From an uncultured Candidatus Saccharibacteria bacterium (lineage in GTDB: Bacteria > Patescibacteriota > Minisyncoccia > Phycocordibacterales > SBAW01), in the NCBI GenBank assembly GCA_964650645.1, contig CAZYUH010000001.1, forward strand, positions 153,873-217,872: a stretch of DNA of 64,000 nucleotides, written 5' to 3'. A program made the translations under genes and the position numbers. The notes under the pieces are model-generated. The model was not told where the DNA came from. It was given only the letters and a program-made list of their open reading frames with translations, and did no database searches. Of this stretch, positions 28,901 to 38,087 are shown one piece after another (the stretch's first letter is position 1; each line of letters begins with the position of its first letter).

Positions 28901-30412
28901 GGTGGTGGTGGCCGACGGCGTGACCGAGACCGAGCTTCCGCTGACGGCGCCGACGCCCTGGTCGATGGACAGCGACGAGGCGCCCTGCACCGAGAAGGAG
29001 AGGGTCGCGCTCTGCCCCGCTACCACTGCGGCCGGGCTTGCAGTGAAGGAATTGATGACGGGAACCGACTGCGCGGCGGAATCCTCGAAGACGACGTCGA
29101 CCCAGTAGTTGCTCGACTGGTACGAATCGCTGGGGAACCCGCTCGCGGAGCCGTAGCGGTACACGCCGTTGGTCCCCGAGGGCGCGTGCAGGGGCGAGTT
29201 GTCGCGGGCGGTCCCGAAGTAGCTGTTGTCGCTCGAGTAGGAGCCGGAGGGGGCGTAGTACGAAACGACGTACGTGGTGCTCGCGGCGACGGCGACCGGG
29301 CTTGCAAGCGTCGCCTGCTGCCAGCCGCTCGCGGTCTCGCCCGCGAACGTCACGCCCGCGAGCTTGGTGCCGGAGGCCGTCCAGAGGCTGCCGGTATGCA
29401 CCCCGGTATTGCCCGCGCCCTTGTAGAAGCGGATGGCGGTAATGTAGCCGGGGCGGTCGGTGGTGAACTTCATGCCGACCTCGACGGCGCCGGGGTCATT
29501 GGTCGAGGGGGTGCCGGGCACGGCGCTTGAGGGGAACAGGCTGCAGGGGCAGGCCGACGGCGGCGGCGGCGCAGCCGGCATGACGCCCACGGTCACGCTC
29601 GCGGTCGTCGTGCCCGCGGCGTTGGACGCGGTGAGGGTGTAGGTGGTGGTGGCCGACGGCGTGACCGAGACCGAGCTTCCGCTGACGGCGCCGACGCCCT
29701 GGTCGATGGACAGCGACGAGGCGCCCTGCACCGAGAAGGAGAGGGTCGCGCTCTGCCCCGCTACCACTGCGGCCGGGCTTGCAGTGAAGGAATTGATGAC
29801 GGGAACCGACTGCGCGGCGGAATCCTCGAAGACGACGTCGACCCAGTAGTTGCTCGACTGGTACGAATCGCTGGGGAACCCGCTCGCGGAGCCGTAGCGG
29901 TACACGCCGTTGGTCCCCGAGGGCGCGTGCAGGGGCGAGTTGTCGCGGGCGGTCCCGAAGTAGCTGTTGTCGCTCGAGTAGGAGCCGGAGGGGGCGTAGT
30001 ACGAAACGACGTACGTGGTGCTCGCGGCGACGGCGACCGGGCTTGCAAGCGTCGCCTGCTGCCAGCCGCTCGCGGTCTCGCCCGCGAACGTCACGCCCGC
30101 GAGCTTGGTGCCGGAGGCCGTCCAGAGGCTGCCGGTATGCACCCCGGTATTGCCCGCGCCCTTGTAGAAGCGGATGGCGGTAATGTAGCCGGGGCGGTCG
30201 GTGGTGAACTTCATGCCGACCTCGACGGCGCCGGGGTCATTGGTCGAGGGGGTGCCGGGCACGGCGCTTGAGGGGAACAGGCTGCAGGGGCAGGCGGCCG
30301 CCTGAACGGCGGCGGGACGGCCCGCAAGGATAAAAAATCCCGCCAAAGCGGCGGCAAGCAGGCCCAATAACAGGACGGGACGCGCTAAGGCGGATATGCT
30401 CTTTGAGATCAT
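25976..30412 (-). CDS. Giant secreted multidomain protein (3x DUF4082-like, Ig-like, Fn3, central unknown ~500-aa module)
   Basis: 1478 aa. Signal peptide. The DUF4082-like block GMKFTTDRPGYITAIRFYKGAGNTGVHTGSLW...SSNYWVDVVFE occurs three times. Fn3 PTVPQNVTASGVTQTQITLSW. Contains a perfect 741-bp tandem duplication. Confidence 0.7.
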   Translation of the reverse strand: MISKSISALARPVLLLGLLAAALAGFFILAGRPAAVQAAACPCSLFPSSAVPGTPSTNDPGAVEVGMKFTTDRPGYITAIRFYKGAGNTGVHTGSLWTASGTKLAGVTFAGETASGWQQATLASPVAVAASTTYVVSYYAPSGSYSSDNSYFGTARDNSPLHAPSGTNGVYRYGSASGFPSDSYQSSNYWVDVVFEDSAAQSVPVINSFTASPAAVVAGQSATLSFSVQGASSLSIDQGVGAVSGSSVSVTPSATTTYTLTASNAAGTTTASVTVGVMPAAPPPPSACPCSLFPSSAVPGTPSTNDPGAVEVGMKFTTDRPGYITAIRFYKGAGNTGVHTGSLWTASGTKLAGVTFAGETASGWQQATLASPVAVAASTTYVVSYYAPSGSYSSDNSYFGTARDNSPLHAPSGTNGVYRYGSASGFPSDSYQSSNYWVDVVFEDSAAQSVPVINSFTASPAAVVAGQSATLSFSVQGASSLSIDQGVGAVSGSSVSVTPSATTTYTLTASNAAGTTTASVTVGVMPAAPPASNPILIITSAANKFTNYYGEILKAEGFNAYSSADISAITPAVLGEFDEAILGDMPLTAAQASMLSDWVNAGGNLIAMKPDQKLASLLGIAPAAGALADKYFLVDTTQDPGKGIVSQTMQFHGTADLYTLSGARAVATLYSSASAPTANPAVTIRSAGSGQAAAFAFDLARSIVYTRQGNPAYAGQERDGETGVIRPDELFYPDYLDLNKVAIPQADEAQRLLGNMLTMMSTGQGKSPLPHFWYFPNMGKAVIVAASDDHGTVSGTEDFFDDLLAASPAGCSVEDWTCYRASSWLYGSTGLSSAEANQYQTQGFDLGVHPDTGCTNFTSQAQLDSRIASELQGFKAAYPGIKPQTGNRIHCIAWSDWASVPKVEAAHGIRIDMGYYYWPAAWVQNRPGFMNGSGMPMRYADTDGTIIDVFQEASHLVNENGVSYPAGITAMIDKALGPEGYYGAFGTHYDFSDNFPAQMLQAVQSYNGQVQMVSADQLLTWTDGRNASSFDTLSWNGNSLTFGVTAAPAARNLYALLPANAAAGALSSLTRDGSPVSFTLATIKGVQYAQFQALGGNYAATYAGAAQDTTAPTVPQNVTASGVTQTQITLSWASSTDAVGVAGYHVNRNGTRIATTTTPGYTDTGLTASTSYSYTVSAFDAAQNESANSASASTSTLPVPPSDTTAPTVTGVVPANNAANVAATTSVTVAFSEPMSASSITTATVQLLNASSTAVSGIVTYASSSNSATLVPSAALVQGASYTVRVLGGASGAKDAAGNALSATFTSSFSVAAAPTSTPSLSLWPSNPAPANPSDPDTASVEVGVKFTSDIAGKIYGIRFYKGAGNTGTHLGHLWSSTGTKLGTVTFTGETATGWQEALFATPISVNAGTTYVASYLAPNGRYAGDSGYFTAPVNSGTLHAPSGSNGVYRYTTNTAGAFPNSTWQSSNYWVDVIFKAN
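28826..30290. repeat. Perfect tandem duplication (2 x ~741 bp) inside the giant secreted protein gene
   Basis: Identical six-frame ORFs at 28902..29108 and 29643..29849, offset by exactly 741 nt. Sequence identical from ~28826 and ~29567 onward. Confidence 0.8.
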
Positions 30413-30585
30413 ACGGCTACGTGATTATACTTACTCAATTAAAAAGCCCCGACCCGCCCCGGATTCACCGCCCCATTCTATAGCAGATAGAATGCTACAG
30501 CCAAGCGCGTGTAGCGGACATGAACGGCGCCCTGTCCCGCCCCTGGCGCGAGCAGGCACGGCTCGCAGGCGGTACACTAGGCAGG

Positions 30586-30945
30586 ATGGAAGAGATCGTC
30601 ATATACGAGAAGCGGTCCTGCTCGACGTGCCGGGCCGCGCTCCACCTGCTCGACGAGCGCGGCATCCCCTACCGGGCCGTGCGCTACCACGACGCCCCGC
30701 TTGCGCGGGAGAAGCTCTCCGAGCTTATCGGGAAAATGGGCATCGCGCCCATCGAACTGCTCCGCACGAAGGGTCCCGCGTACGAGGCGCTCGGAATGGA
30801 CCCGGCCACGCTTGGCGACAGCGAACTCATAAGCCTCATGATCGAGCATCCGGACCTCATGCAGCGGCCGATACTCGAGCGCGGCAGCCGGGCCATACTC
30901 GGCCGACCGCCGGAGCGCATCCTCGAATTCCTGAAGGAAGCCTAG
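30586..30945 (+). CDS. ArsC/Spx-family arsenate-reductase-like thioredoxin-fold protein
   Basis: MEEIVIYEKRSCSTCRAALHLLDERGIPYRAVRY... has the C-x-x-C in the ArsC/Spx context. Confidence 0.6.
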   Translation: MEEIVIYEKRSCSTCRAALHLLDERGIPYRAVRYHDAPLAREKLSELIGKMGIAPIELLRTKGPAYEALGMDPATLGDSELISLMIEHPDLMQRPILERGSRAILGRPPERILEFLKEA

Positions 30946-31391
30946 CGCGCCCCGGGGCGCTTCTGCTTCTTGGCGAACACTTTCACGTACTCGTGGTACG
31001 CGCCGTAATCGGCCGTAAGCTCCTCGCCTTTCTTAATGGCGCGGGCAGTGACGAATTCCTCCCCCTTGCCGCGCGCGGCCATGTTGGGTCTTTTGGAATG
31101 GTTCAGGAAGTACGACTTGTCTATCGCGTCCATGCCGTAGTCGGGCACGAAGTAGACGCCGTCCTGGAGGGCGCAGAAGTCGCGCACCAACTGCTTGGCT
31201 TCCTCGGGCGCGGCGCTTTCCTCCAGCTCTTTCTCGGGCAATTCCAGCACGTCGCCGAACGGGTCGCAGCGCTTGAAGGGGTCGACGCCCTTGGGGATAG
31301 GGCGTATGGCCACGACGCCCACGCCGTGGCGCGTGACCGCCAGCCGGCAGTAGACGTCGTTCAGCGACCGCAGGAACTGGCGCTTGTTCAC
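30942..31391 (-). CDS. SET-domain protein (putative lysine methyltransferase)
   Basis: FLNHSKRPNM ... GEELTADYG matches SET motifs NHSC-PN and ELT-DY. Confidence 0.6.
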   Translation of the reverse strand: MNKRQFLRSLNDVYCRLAVTRHGVGVVAIRPIPKGVDPFKRCDPFGDVLELPEKELEESAAPEEAKQLVRDFCALQDGVYFVPDYGMDAIDKSYFLNHSKRPNMAARGKGEEFVTARAIKKGEELTADYGAYHEYVKVFAKKQKRPGAR

Positions 31392-31452
31392 CCCATGAGT
31401 ATCTCACATGCGGCCGGGCCGCGCAGGGCGGCGCGGTGGTATGCTTTCCGTA

Positions 31453-32060
31453 TGAAAGGAACGCAGGCGGAGCCCTTGGGAGTGGACATGCTCTTCGTCA
31501 TCCCCGACATCGGCGGGTACACGCGCTTCATGCTGCGCCACGAGAAGTCGCCCGAGTACGCCCAGGGCGTCATCCGCACCCTCATGGAGGCGATGCTGCG
31601 CGCCAAGGAGATTCCGCTTAGGGTCTCGAGCATCGAGGGCGACGCGCTGTTCCTGTACGCGCTGCGCGAGAGCGACGAGCTGTGGGAGCGCGAGAAGGCC
31701 ACCGTCGCCGCGACCATAGAGAACTTCTTCGTCGCGTTCTACGCGGAAGCGAGCCGGCTCATGCGCGAGGAGCGGTGCGGGCACGGCGCATGCGAGGACA
31801 TAGGCGGCCTGGATATAAAGGTGGTCGTGCACGTCGGGCGCTGCGTCGTCGACCGGCTCGACCGCTTCACCACGCTCAACGGCGTCGACGTCATCATCGC
31901 GCACCGCCTGCTGAAGAACTCGCTGAGCGGGAGCTACCTCTTCGCCACCCGGGCCGCCTTCGAGGCGTGCACGTTCCCCCGCCCCGAGCGCTTCCGCCCG
32001 CACGCGGAAACCTACCCCGACGTCGGCACCATCGAGGGCTTCGTCTTCAGCGGCGACTAG
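31453..32060 (+). CDS. Class III adenylate/guanylate cyclase catalytic domain protein
   Basis: MLFVIPDIGGYTRFM (cf. FaDivGFT) and VVVHVGRCVVDRL...GVDVIIAHRL (cf. GihtGpvv...GdtVNlAsRl). The long + ORF 30396..32060 was trimmed to MKGTQAEP. Confidence 0.5.
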
Positions 32061-32283
32061 GCCGCCCCGCGTCACGGTCTCTGTCAGCGCTTCTCGTTAC
32101 ACAGCGAGAGGTGCCGACGCAAACAACAACGCCGCGCTAGGCTGCCCTTGCGCCTGCTTTGCAGGCTTTTTAAGCGGCCTGCCGTCCGCTGGACCCTCAG
32201 GAGCGCTCTGGCATAACCAAACCATCCGGTCCCTGAAGGCCGGATGAATTCGGTTACTCGTGCCCTGCCGGATAAGCGTACGG

Positions 32284-32511
32284 TTATTCCCCCGGAGCCG
32301 GCGCGCCCGCGCCGCCGTTGCCCGTGGACCCGCCGGCGGTCGGCAGGTGTATCTGGATATTTGCGCCGTCCTGGGCGGGCGCGCTCCCGTAGCGCATGTA
32401 CCAGAACGCGATGCCCGCGATGACGACAATCAGCACAATGACCGCGACCGCCCAGCCCGCCGATGAGCCGCTCTGGTCGCCCGGGGTCGGAGTATTGACT
32501 ATGGTTGCCAT
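32284..32511 (-). CDS. Small hypothetical membrane protein (75 aa)
   Basis: Single TM WAVAVIVLIVVIAGIAFWYM. Weak translation signals. Confidence 0.25.
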   Translation of the reverse strand: MATIVNTPTPGDQSGSSAGWAVAVIVLIVVIAGIAFWYMRYGSAPAQDGANIQIHLPTAGGSTGNGGAGAPAPGE

Positions 32512-32854
32512 ATCGAAATTATGGTTCGGTCGGATAGGCTTTCAGCGTACCGCCCCTGCTTGAACGAAGCATGAACAAGGGTGTATGCTTAGCGCAGGCA
32601 CCAGCACAGGAGGAGAGCGTGTCGAGGCACTTTTACCACGGAGAATCGAAGCGGACCGAGCCGTCTATCGAGGCGAAGACCAGGGCGCTTGGGCTGCTGT
32701 TCTCGGCCCTTGGCCTCATGTTCACCTTCGGGCTCTGGGCTATTCCGGGCTACTGAGGCGCCCCGCCATACACAGAGCCCCGGCACTCCCGGGGCTCTTG
32801 CGCGCCCTCCTTTATCTTTATGCCCCCGCGTGGTACAGTTAGCCGCACACCGCT

Positions 32855-33373
32855 TTGGATACCACCCGAGTCAACCACCACATACGCGCGAAAGAGGTCC
32901 GCGTCGTCGGCGCCGAGGGCGAAAACCTGGGCGTGTTGCCCCTTTCCGAGGCTATTCAGAGGGCTCAGGACCTCGGATTGGACCTCATAGAGATAAGTCC
33001 GAACGCCGTCCCCCCGGTTGCTAAAATAATGGAATATGGTAAATTCCAATACGAAGCTCAGAAGAAGCGCCGGGAGATGAAGTCCAAGTCCCACACGACC
33101 GAGACCAAATCGGTCCAGGTCAAGATCGGGACCGGCGACCACGATATGCAGCTTAAGGCCAAAAGGGCCGCCGACTGGCTCAAGGAGGGCCACCGGGTCA
33201 AGGTGGACCTGTTCTTGTGGGGACGCTACAAGTACATGGAGTTCGCCTTCCTCAAGGAGCGCCTTGAGCGGTTCCTCAAGCTCATCCCCGAGGACTACAA
33301 GCTCGCCGACGCGATACAAAAGGGGCCCAAGGGCCTCACGACGGTCCTCGAGCGCGCCAAGAAGCAGCAGTAA
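32855..33373 (+). CDS. infC: Translation initiation factor IF-3
   Basis: NHHIRAKEVRVVGAEGENLGVL... is canonical IF-3. The true start is probably an upstream non-ATG codon (AUU/AUA are usual for infC). Confidence 0.8.
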   Translation: MDTTRVNHHIRAKEVRVVGAEGENLGVLPLSEAIQRAQDLGLDLIEISPNAVPPVAKIMEYGKFQYEAQKKRREMKSKSHTTETKSVQVKIGTGDHDMQLKAKRAADWLKEGHRVKVDLFLWGRYKYMEFAFLKERLERFLKLIPEDYKLADAIQKGPKGLTTVLERAKKQQ

Positions 33374-33380
33374 CACGACG

Positions 33381-33581
33381 ATGAAAACCAACAAATCATT
33401 CTCCAAGCGCATCAAGGTCACCCGCCGTGGCAGCCTTGTCGCGCGCAAGCCGGGCAAGAACCACTTCAACGCGAAGGAGGGCCGCTCCCTGCAGATGAAC
33501 AACAACCGCACCCAGACCCTGACCCTGACCCCGAAGGTGCTCCAGCGCTACATCGGCAACCCGGTCAAGGCTAGCAAGTAA
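33381..33581 (+). CDS. rpmI: 50S ribosomal protein L35
   Basis: MKTNKSFSKRIKVTRRGSLVARKPGKNHF...; sits in infC-rpmI-rplT order. Confidence 0.8.
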   Translation: MKTNKSFSKRIKVTRRGSLVARKPGKNHFNAKEGRSLQMNNNRTQTLTLTPKVLQRYIGNPVKASK

Positions 33582-33595
33582 TACCCGAATTTTTT

Positions 33596-33946
33596 ATGGC
33601 ACGCGTAAAGGGAGGAACCACCAGCAATAAGCGCCGCAAGAACATCCTTGCGATGACCAAGGGCTACCGCTTCGGGCGCAGCACCAAGAAGCGCATGGCC
33701 AAGGAGGCTATTGCCCACGCCGGCAAGCACGCCTTCGCCCACCGCCGCGACAAGAAGAACGACTTCAAGCGCCTGTGGAACGTCCAGATCAACGGCGCCC
33801 TCGACGCCATGGGCAGCGCGGTGTCCTACAGCAAGCTCATGGGCGCCATGAACAAGAAGAAGATTGGCCTCAACCGCAAGATGCTCGCCGAGATGGCCAA
33901 CCGCTCCCCCGAATCCTTCTCCCGCCTGGTCTCCCAGGTCTCCTAA
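33596..33946 (+). CDS. rplT: 50S ribosomal protein L20
   Basis: MARVKGGTTSNKRRKNILAMTKGYRFGRS... is canonical L20. Confidence 0.9.
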   Translation: MARVKGGTTSNKRRKNILAMTKGYRFGRSTKKRMAKEAIAHAGKHAFAHRRDKKNDFKRLWNVQINGALDAMGSAVSYSKLMGAMNKKKIGLNRKMLAEMANRSPESFSRLVSQVS

Positions 33947-33954
33947 TACCGCAG

Positions 33955-33983
33955 AAACCCCCGGCTTCAGCCGGGGGTTTTCC
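33955..33983 (+). terminator. Intrinsic terminator after rplT
   Basis: AAACCCCCGGCTTCAGCCGGGGGTTTTCC. Confidence 0.65.
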
Positions 33984-34001
33984 GTATTGCACGCATGCGC
34001 C

Positions 34002-34634
34002 CTAGAGGCGCGCGGCGATGGAGGCCTTCTCTGCCCCGGCCTCGAAGCGGAAGCTGGCGCGGTTGAGCCTGTCCTTCTCCACCAGCTCCTTCACCCGCTC
34101 AACGAGCGCCTTGGGGTCGCTATCGAAGAGTATCTGGTCGTTGGGGCGGCGCCCCTTCTCGATGATGTAGCGTATCTCCTCGTCTATATCCCAGTCGGCC
34201 TCCAATATGCCCATGGGCTTCTTGTCCTCGAAGGCGATGGTGAACTCGTGGATGGTCCCGATGCGGCCGCACCCGAAAAAGACCGCGTCGCAGGAACGGG
34301 TGAATATGAGGTCCCGGCCGGGAAAGCCGAAGCCCGTGTAAATGATGAGGTCCATGTACTCGACCGGCAGGTTGTACGCCTCGATGTGCTCCTTTTCGGT
34401 GGCGGCGGGAGAGAACCCTACCGTGAAGCCCTCGGCCTCCTTGGCGCCCATGGCCGCCCATAGCGGGAAGCCGGTCGTAGCGCCGTTGACCAGGACCGCG
34501 TTCTGCTTGGCGATCTCGCGGCCGAGCTGAAGCCCCTTGTCGTAGGCATCGATGCCGCAGTGGCCGGTCTCGGCCGCGCCCGATACGCCGAATTTTATCT
34601 TTAGGTGCTCGTTCTTCGGGTCCATGTCCTTCAA
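34002..34634 (-). CDS. TIGR00725/LOG-like Rossmann-fold nucleotide-binding protein
   Basis: 210 aa; IKFGVSGAAETG ... VLVNGATTGFPLWAAMGA pattern of the SLOG/LOG superfamily. Confidence 0.5.
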   Translation of the reverse strand: MKDMDPKNEHLKIKFGVSGAAETGHCGIDAYDKGLQLGREIAKQNAVLVNGATTGFPLWAAMGAKEAEGFTVGFSPAATEKEHIEAYNLPVEYMDLIIYTGFGFPGRDLIFTRSCDAVFFGCGRIGTIHEFTIAFEDKKPMGILEADWDIDEEIRYIIEKGRRPNDQILFDSDPKALVERVKELVEKDRLNRASFRFEAGAEKASIAARL

Positions 34635-35993
34635 TTATAGCTCGATATCGGCACTGTCCCCTGCCGAAGGGGCCGTGGCATCAAGCCCCAGGTAATCGCG
34701 GATGCGCTGGGTGAGGAACTTCGCGGCGGCAGGCTCGCCCTGCACGACGAACACCCGCTTGAGCGAGTCCCGGGCGCCCTCGACCAGCTCCAGGAGCCCC
34801 GCGCTATCGCGGTGCGCCGAGTAGCCGTACAAGGTCTCCACATGGGCGCGCACGGGTATGACCTCGCCGCGGCCCGCATGGAGCTTCTTCTCGCCCTCCA
34901 GGAGCCGCCGGCCTATGGTGCCCGCCGCCTGGTAGCCCACGATGAGCAGGGTCGAAGACGGGTCCGGCAGGACGTAGCGCTCGTGGCTCAAGACCCGCCC
35001 GCCGTTGCTCATGCCCGAGCCCGCGAGGATTATCTTGGGTCCCTCGTGCCCCTGTATGGCGCGCGACTCGCGGGTGTCGCGGGCGAACTTCAGCTCGGGA
35101 AACCGGAGCACCTGCTCCCCCGCCTTTATGCGCGCCTTGAGGGCCGGCGCGAAGTACCCGCTGTTGCGCTCGAAGGTTTCGGTTATATTCTGCGCCAGCG
35201 GCGAGTCGAGGAACACCGGCACCGAAGGTATTTTCTTCTCTGCCATGAGCGCGCGTATCTCGTACACGAGGTCCTGCGTGCGCTCGGTCGAGAACGCCGG
35301 TATGAGCAGGGTGCCGCCGCGCGCGATAGTCTCTCGTATCACCTTCTGGAACAATTCCTTGCGGTCCTTGTCCTCGGGGCGGGTGCGGTCGCCGTAGACG
35401 CTCTCTATGACGAGGTAGTCGGGCGCGGGCAGGGCCTCGGTCTGCGGCAGGAGCGGCGAGTTGCCGGCGCCCAGGTCGCCCGTTACGACCAGGCTTTTCC
35501 CGCCGCGGCTGAATTTCGACATGGCCGAGCCCAGGATGTGCCCGGCGTCAAAAAATTCATGCACCATGCCGCCTTCGAGCTCCAGCGGCTCGTGGAGCCC
35601 GCGCGGCTCCCACAGCTTGAGCGCCGCGTCGATGTCCTGCTCGGCGTATATAGGCTCGGGCGCGCCGTGCTCGTGCGCGCGCACCATAAGGGAAAGCGCG
35701 TCGCGCATGATGAATTCGGCCACGTCGCGCGTGGCGCCCGTCGAGATAATTTTCCCCTTGAAGCCCGATTTTGCCAAAAACGGGATGCGCCCCACATGGT
35801 CGAGGTGCGCATGGCTCACGAACAAATGCGAGCAGTCGCCGGGCGCGTAGGCGAACGGCTTGTAATTGTCCTCCTCATGGCTCCCCTGCTGGAGCCCGCA
35901 GTCTATAAGGAGCTTCTGCGCGCCCGTGTCGAGCATGAAATTGGAGCCGGTCACGGACCCGGCCCCGCCGTAGAACGTAAGCGTGGATGTCAT
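34635..35993 (-). CDS. MBL-fold beta-CASP ribonuclease (RNase J/CPSF-like)
   Basis: HAHLDHVGRIP metallo-beta-lactamase motif. ~450 aa beta-CASP architecture with C-terminal His motifs. Confidence 0.75.
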   Translation of the reverse strand: MTSTLTFYGGAGSVTGSNFMLDTGAQKLLIDCGLQQGSHEEDNYKPFAYAPGDCSHLFVSHAHLDHVGRIPFLAKSGFKGKIISTGATRDVAEFIMRDALSLMVRAHEHGAPEPIYAEQDIDAALKLWEPRGLHEPLELEGGMVHEFFDAGHILGSAMSKFSRGGKSLVVTGDLGAGNSPLLPQTEALPAPDYLVIESVYGDRTRPEDKDRKELFQKVIRETIARGGTLLIPAFSTERTQDLVYEIRALMAEKKIPSVPVFLDSPLAQNITETFERNSGYFAPALKARIKAGEQVLRFPELKFARDTRESRAIQGHEGPKIILAGSGMSNGGRVLSHERYVLPDPSSTLLIVGYQAAGTIGRRLLEGEKKLHAGRGEVIPVRAHVETLYGYSAHRDSAGLLELVEGARDSLKRVFVVQGEPAAAKFLTQRIRDYLGLDATAPSAGDSADIEL

Positions 35994-36228
35994 TGCGCTC
36001 GTAATTGTAGCAAAAATGCCACCCGAAGGTGGCGTTCTTGGTAGGACTTCTAAAGCAAAGCGTCTACTTCAGTGATAGGTGGGTGCCCGCAGACCCGAAC
36101 CAATGGCGCGGGAAGATGTAGGGCTCCCTGTAGAACACTTAGTAACTTTTGCCTTAGAGCGTCCTACCCGTAAGTATACCAAACCCCGCATGAAAGCGGG
36201 GTGGATAGGGCATTTGGGTTCTCTGAAC

Positions 36229-36825
36229 CTATTCGTCAATGCCGAAGCGCTTGTACTTGTACACGGGGCTCTTTCCAAACCAGTGCTTTATCTCGTGCGC
36301 AGCCTCTTCAGGGGTCTCGCTGGCGTGGATGAGGTTGTACACCGCACGCTTCTCGATGTTCGCGCTTATGGCAGAGTCGGCCGAGTAGTCGCCGCGGATG
36401 GTGCCCATTTCCGCCAGGTACGGCATGGTGGGGCCCACTATCTTGCGCACCATGTCCACCGCGTGCACGCCCTGCACGACCATTTTTACCATGGGAGCGC
36501 TCGTCATGAAGTCGATGAGCCAGCCGCGCACCTCCTTGCCGATTTTGAGCTTGTCGTCGGTGCCGAAGTCGCGCTTGACGCTGTGCCCGTACTTCTCGTA
36601 GGTGGTGGTGGTCTTGTCGCCCAGGCGCGTGAGCCACTTCTCGTCCTTGGGGTAGTGGTTGTCCATCTCCTTGCGGGTCGAGAGGAACATGTCCATGGCG
36701 ACGACCTTCAGGTCGCGCTGCTCGAACCGCTTGATGACCTCGCCGATAAGCCCCTTGCGCACGCCGTCGGGCTTGATGAGCACGAACGTCTTCTCCTCTT
36801 TTGGATGGATCATATGTGGCCCCAC
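36229..36825 (-). CDS. ndk: Nucleoside diphosphate kinase (with insertion)
   Basis: KTFVLIKPDGVRKGLIGEVIKRFEQRDLKVVAM ... NLIHASETPEEA. Start may be the internal MIHP at 36813. Confidence 0.75.
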   Translation of the reverse strand: MGPHMIHPKEEKTFVLIKPDGVRKGLIGEVIKRFEQRDLKVVAMDMFLSTRKEMDNHYPKDEKWLTRLGDKTTTTYEKYGHSVKRDFGTDDKLKIGKEVRGWLIDFMTSAPMVKMVVQGVHAVDMVRKIVGPTMPYLAEMGTIRGDYSADSAISANIEKRAVYNLIHASETPEEAAHEIKHWFGKSPVYKYKRFGIDE

Positions 36826-36878
36826 AATAGCCCAGGCGGGCCGTTTTTACAAGAAGCGCGAGCCTGTATACTTGCCCC

Positions 36879-37361
36879 ATGTTCATGGATATAGGATTCG
36901 GCATCCTGCTTTCCGTAGGGGCGTCCTGGCTGTCGGAGGCCCCGCTCACCCCCGCCCTGCTCGCGCTCGGCATAGGGAGCGCCCTCCTGCCCGACATAGA
37001 CATACTCTGGTTCGGCATCGGAAGGCTCTTGGGAAGCAAAAAAGCCGACCACCGCTCGTTCACCCACTACCCATTGCTCTGGGTTCCCGCAGTCGGCGCC
37101 CTGTACGCGCTCTTCGGCGGGCTCGTCGCGTCGATGGTCGCGGCAGGCGTCGCACTGCACCTCATTCATGACACCGTGGGCCTCGGCTGGGGCATCGCCT
37201 GGCTCGCGCCCTTCTCGTATAAAAAATACCGGCTCCTGCCCGTGCCTGCGGGAGACGGCCGGTGGATTCGCGCCCATTACCTGCGGCCGGGCATCATCGC
37301 CTACCTCGAGTACGGCACGCTCCTCGCGGCGCTCGCCTGCCTGTATTCGTACGCGCTCTAG
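36879..37361 (+). CDS. Membrane-bound metal-dependent hydrolase (DUF457/YdjM-like)
   Basis: 160 aa, 4-5 TM; HRSFTHYP and HLIHDTVG His-rich motifs. Confidence 0.5.
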   Translation: MFMDIGFGILLSVGASWLSEAPLTPALLALGIGSALLPDIDILWFGIGRLLGSKKADHRSFTHYPLLWVPAVGALYALFGGLVASMVAAGVALHLIHDTVGLGWGIAWLAPFSYKKYRLLPVPAGDGRWIRAHYLRPGIIAYLEYGTLLAALACLYSYAL

Positions 37362-37430
37362 GCTTCTCCAAGCGCGAAGCCATGGCATGAAAAAGGCCGG
37401 CGGAATATCCGCCGGCCTGCCTGTTCCCTG

Positions 37431-38018
37431 TTACGCCGCTCTGCGGGACCCCTCCAAAAGCGAGCGGACCAGCGAAAGCATCTCGCCCTTCGCGGTTTCC
37501 AGGTCGTCATTGACGACCCGGTGGTCGAAGAAGTCCTTTTGCGCGAGCTCTATGCGCGCGGTTTCGAGCCGGAGCTCCATGCTCTCCTTGGACACGTCGC
37601 CGCGCCCGAGGATGCGCTTGCGCAGGGTGTCGAAGGCGGGCTCCGCCGGCAGGATGAATATCGTCTCCGCCTCGGGCATCTTTTCCTTTACCTGCTTGGC
37701 GCCCTCGATTTCTATCTCCGCAAGCACGGTCGTGCCCTTGGAGAGCTTTTCGAGGATGAAGTCCTTGGGCGTGCCGTAGAGGTTCCCCGCGAACTCCGCC
37801 CATTCGAAGAAATCGCCGGCATCGATATGCGACCGGAACGCCTTCATGTCGATGAAGTAGTAGTCCTTGCCGTGCGTCTCCCCGGGCCGCGGCGCGCGGG
37901 TCGTCGCCGACACCGAGAACCAGCAATTGGGCACATTTTCGAGAACATGCTCGATGAGCGTGCGCTTGCCGACGCCTGACGGCCCGGTTACGACGATAAG
38001 CTTTCCTTGGGTATGCAT
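37431..38018 (-). CDS. gmk: Guanylate kinase
   Basis: GKLIVVTGPSGVGKRTL ... SVSATTRAPRPGE. Confidence 0.85.
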   Translation of the reverse strand: MHTQGKLIVVTGPSGVGKRTLIEHVLENVPNCWFSVSATTRAPRPGETHGKDYYFIDMKAFRSHIDAGDFFEWAEFAGNLYGTPKDFILEKLSKGTTVLAEIEIEGAKQVKEKMPEAETIFILPAEPAFDTLRKRILGRGDVSKESMELRLETARIELAQKDFFDHRVVNDDLETAKGEMLSLVRSLLEGSRRAA

Positions 38019-38087
38019 GATGGTCCTTTACGGAAAATGCGGCCGGGAGGCCGCAGTACAACCTGTACGCACTATATAAGAATTCCT

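Noticed and set aside
27449-29530. 693-aa + strand ORF
   Set aside because: Antisense shadow within the giant secreted-protein gene; Arg/Gly-rich.
30396-31452. N-terminal 350 aa of the 554-aa + ORF
   Set aside because: Arg/Pro-rich and overlaps the convergent ArsC-like and SET genes. Only the C-terminal cyclase domain from MKGTQAEP is credible.
34812-36044. 410-aa + strand ORF
   Set aside because: Antisense shadow of the beta-CASP RNase gene.
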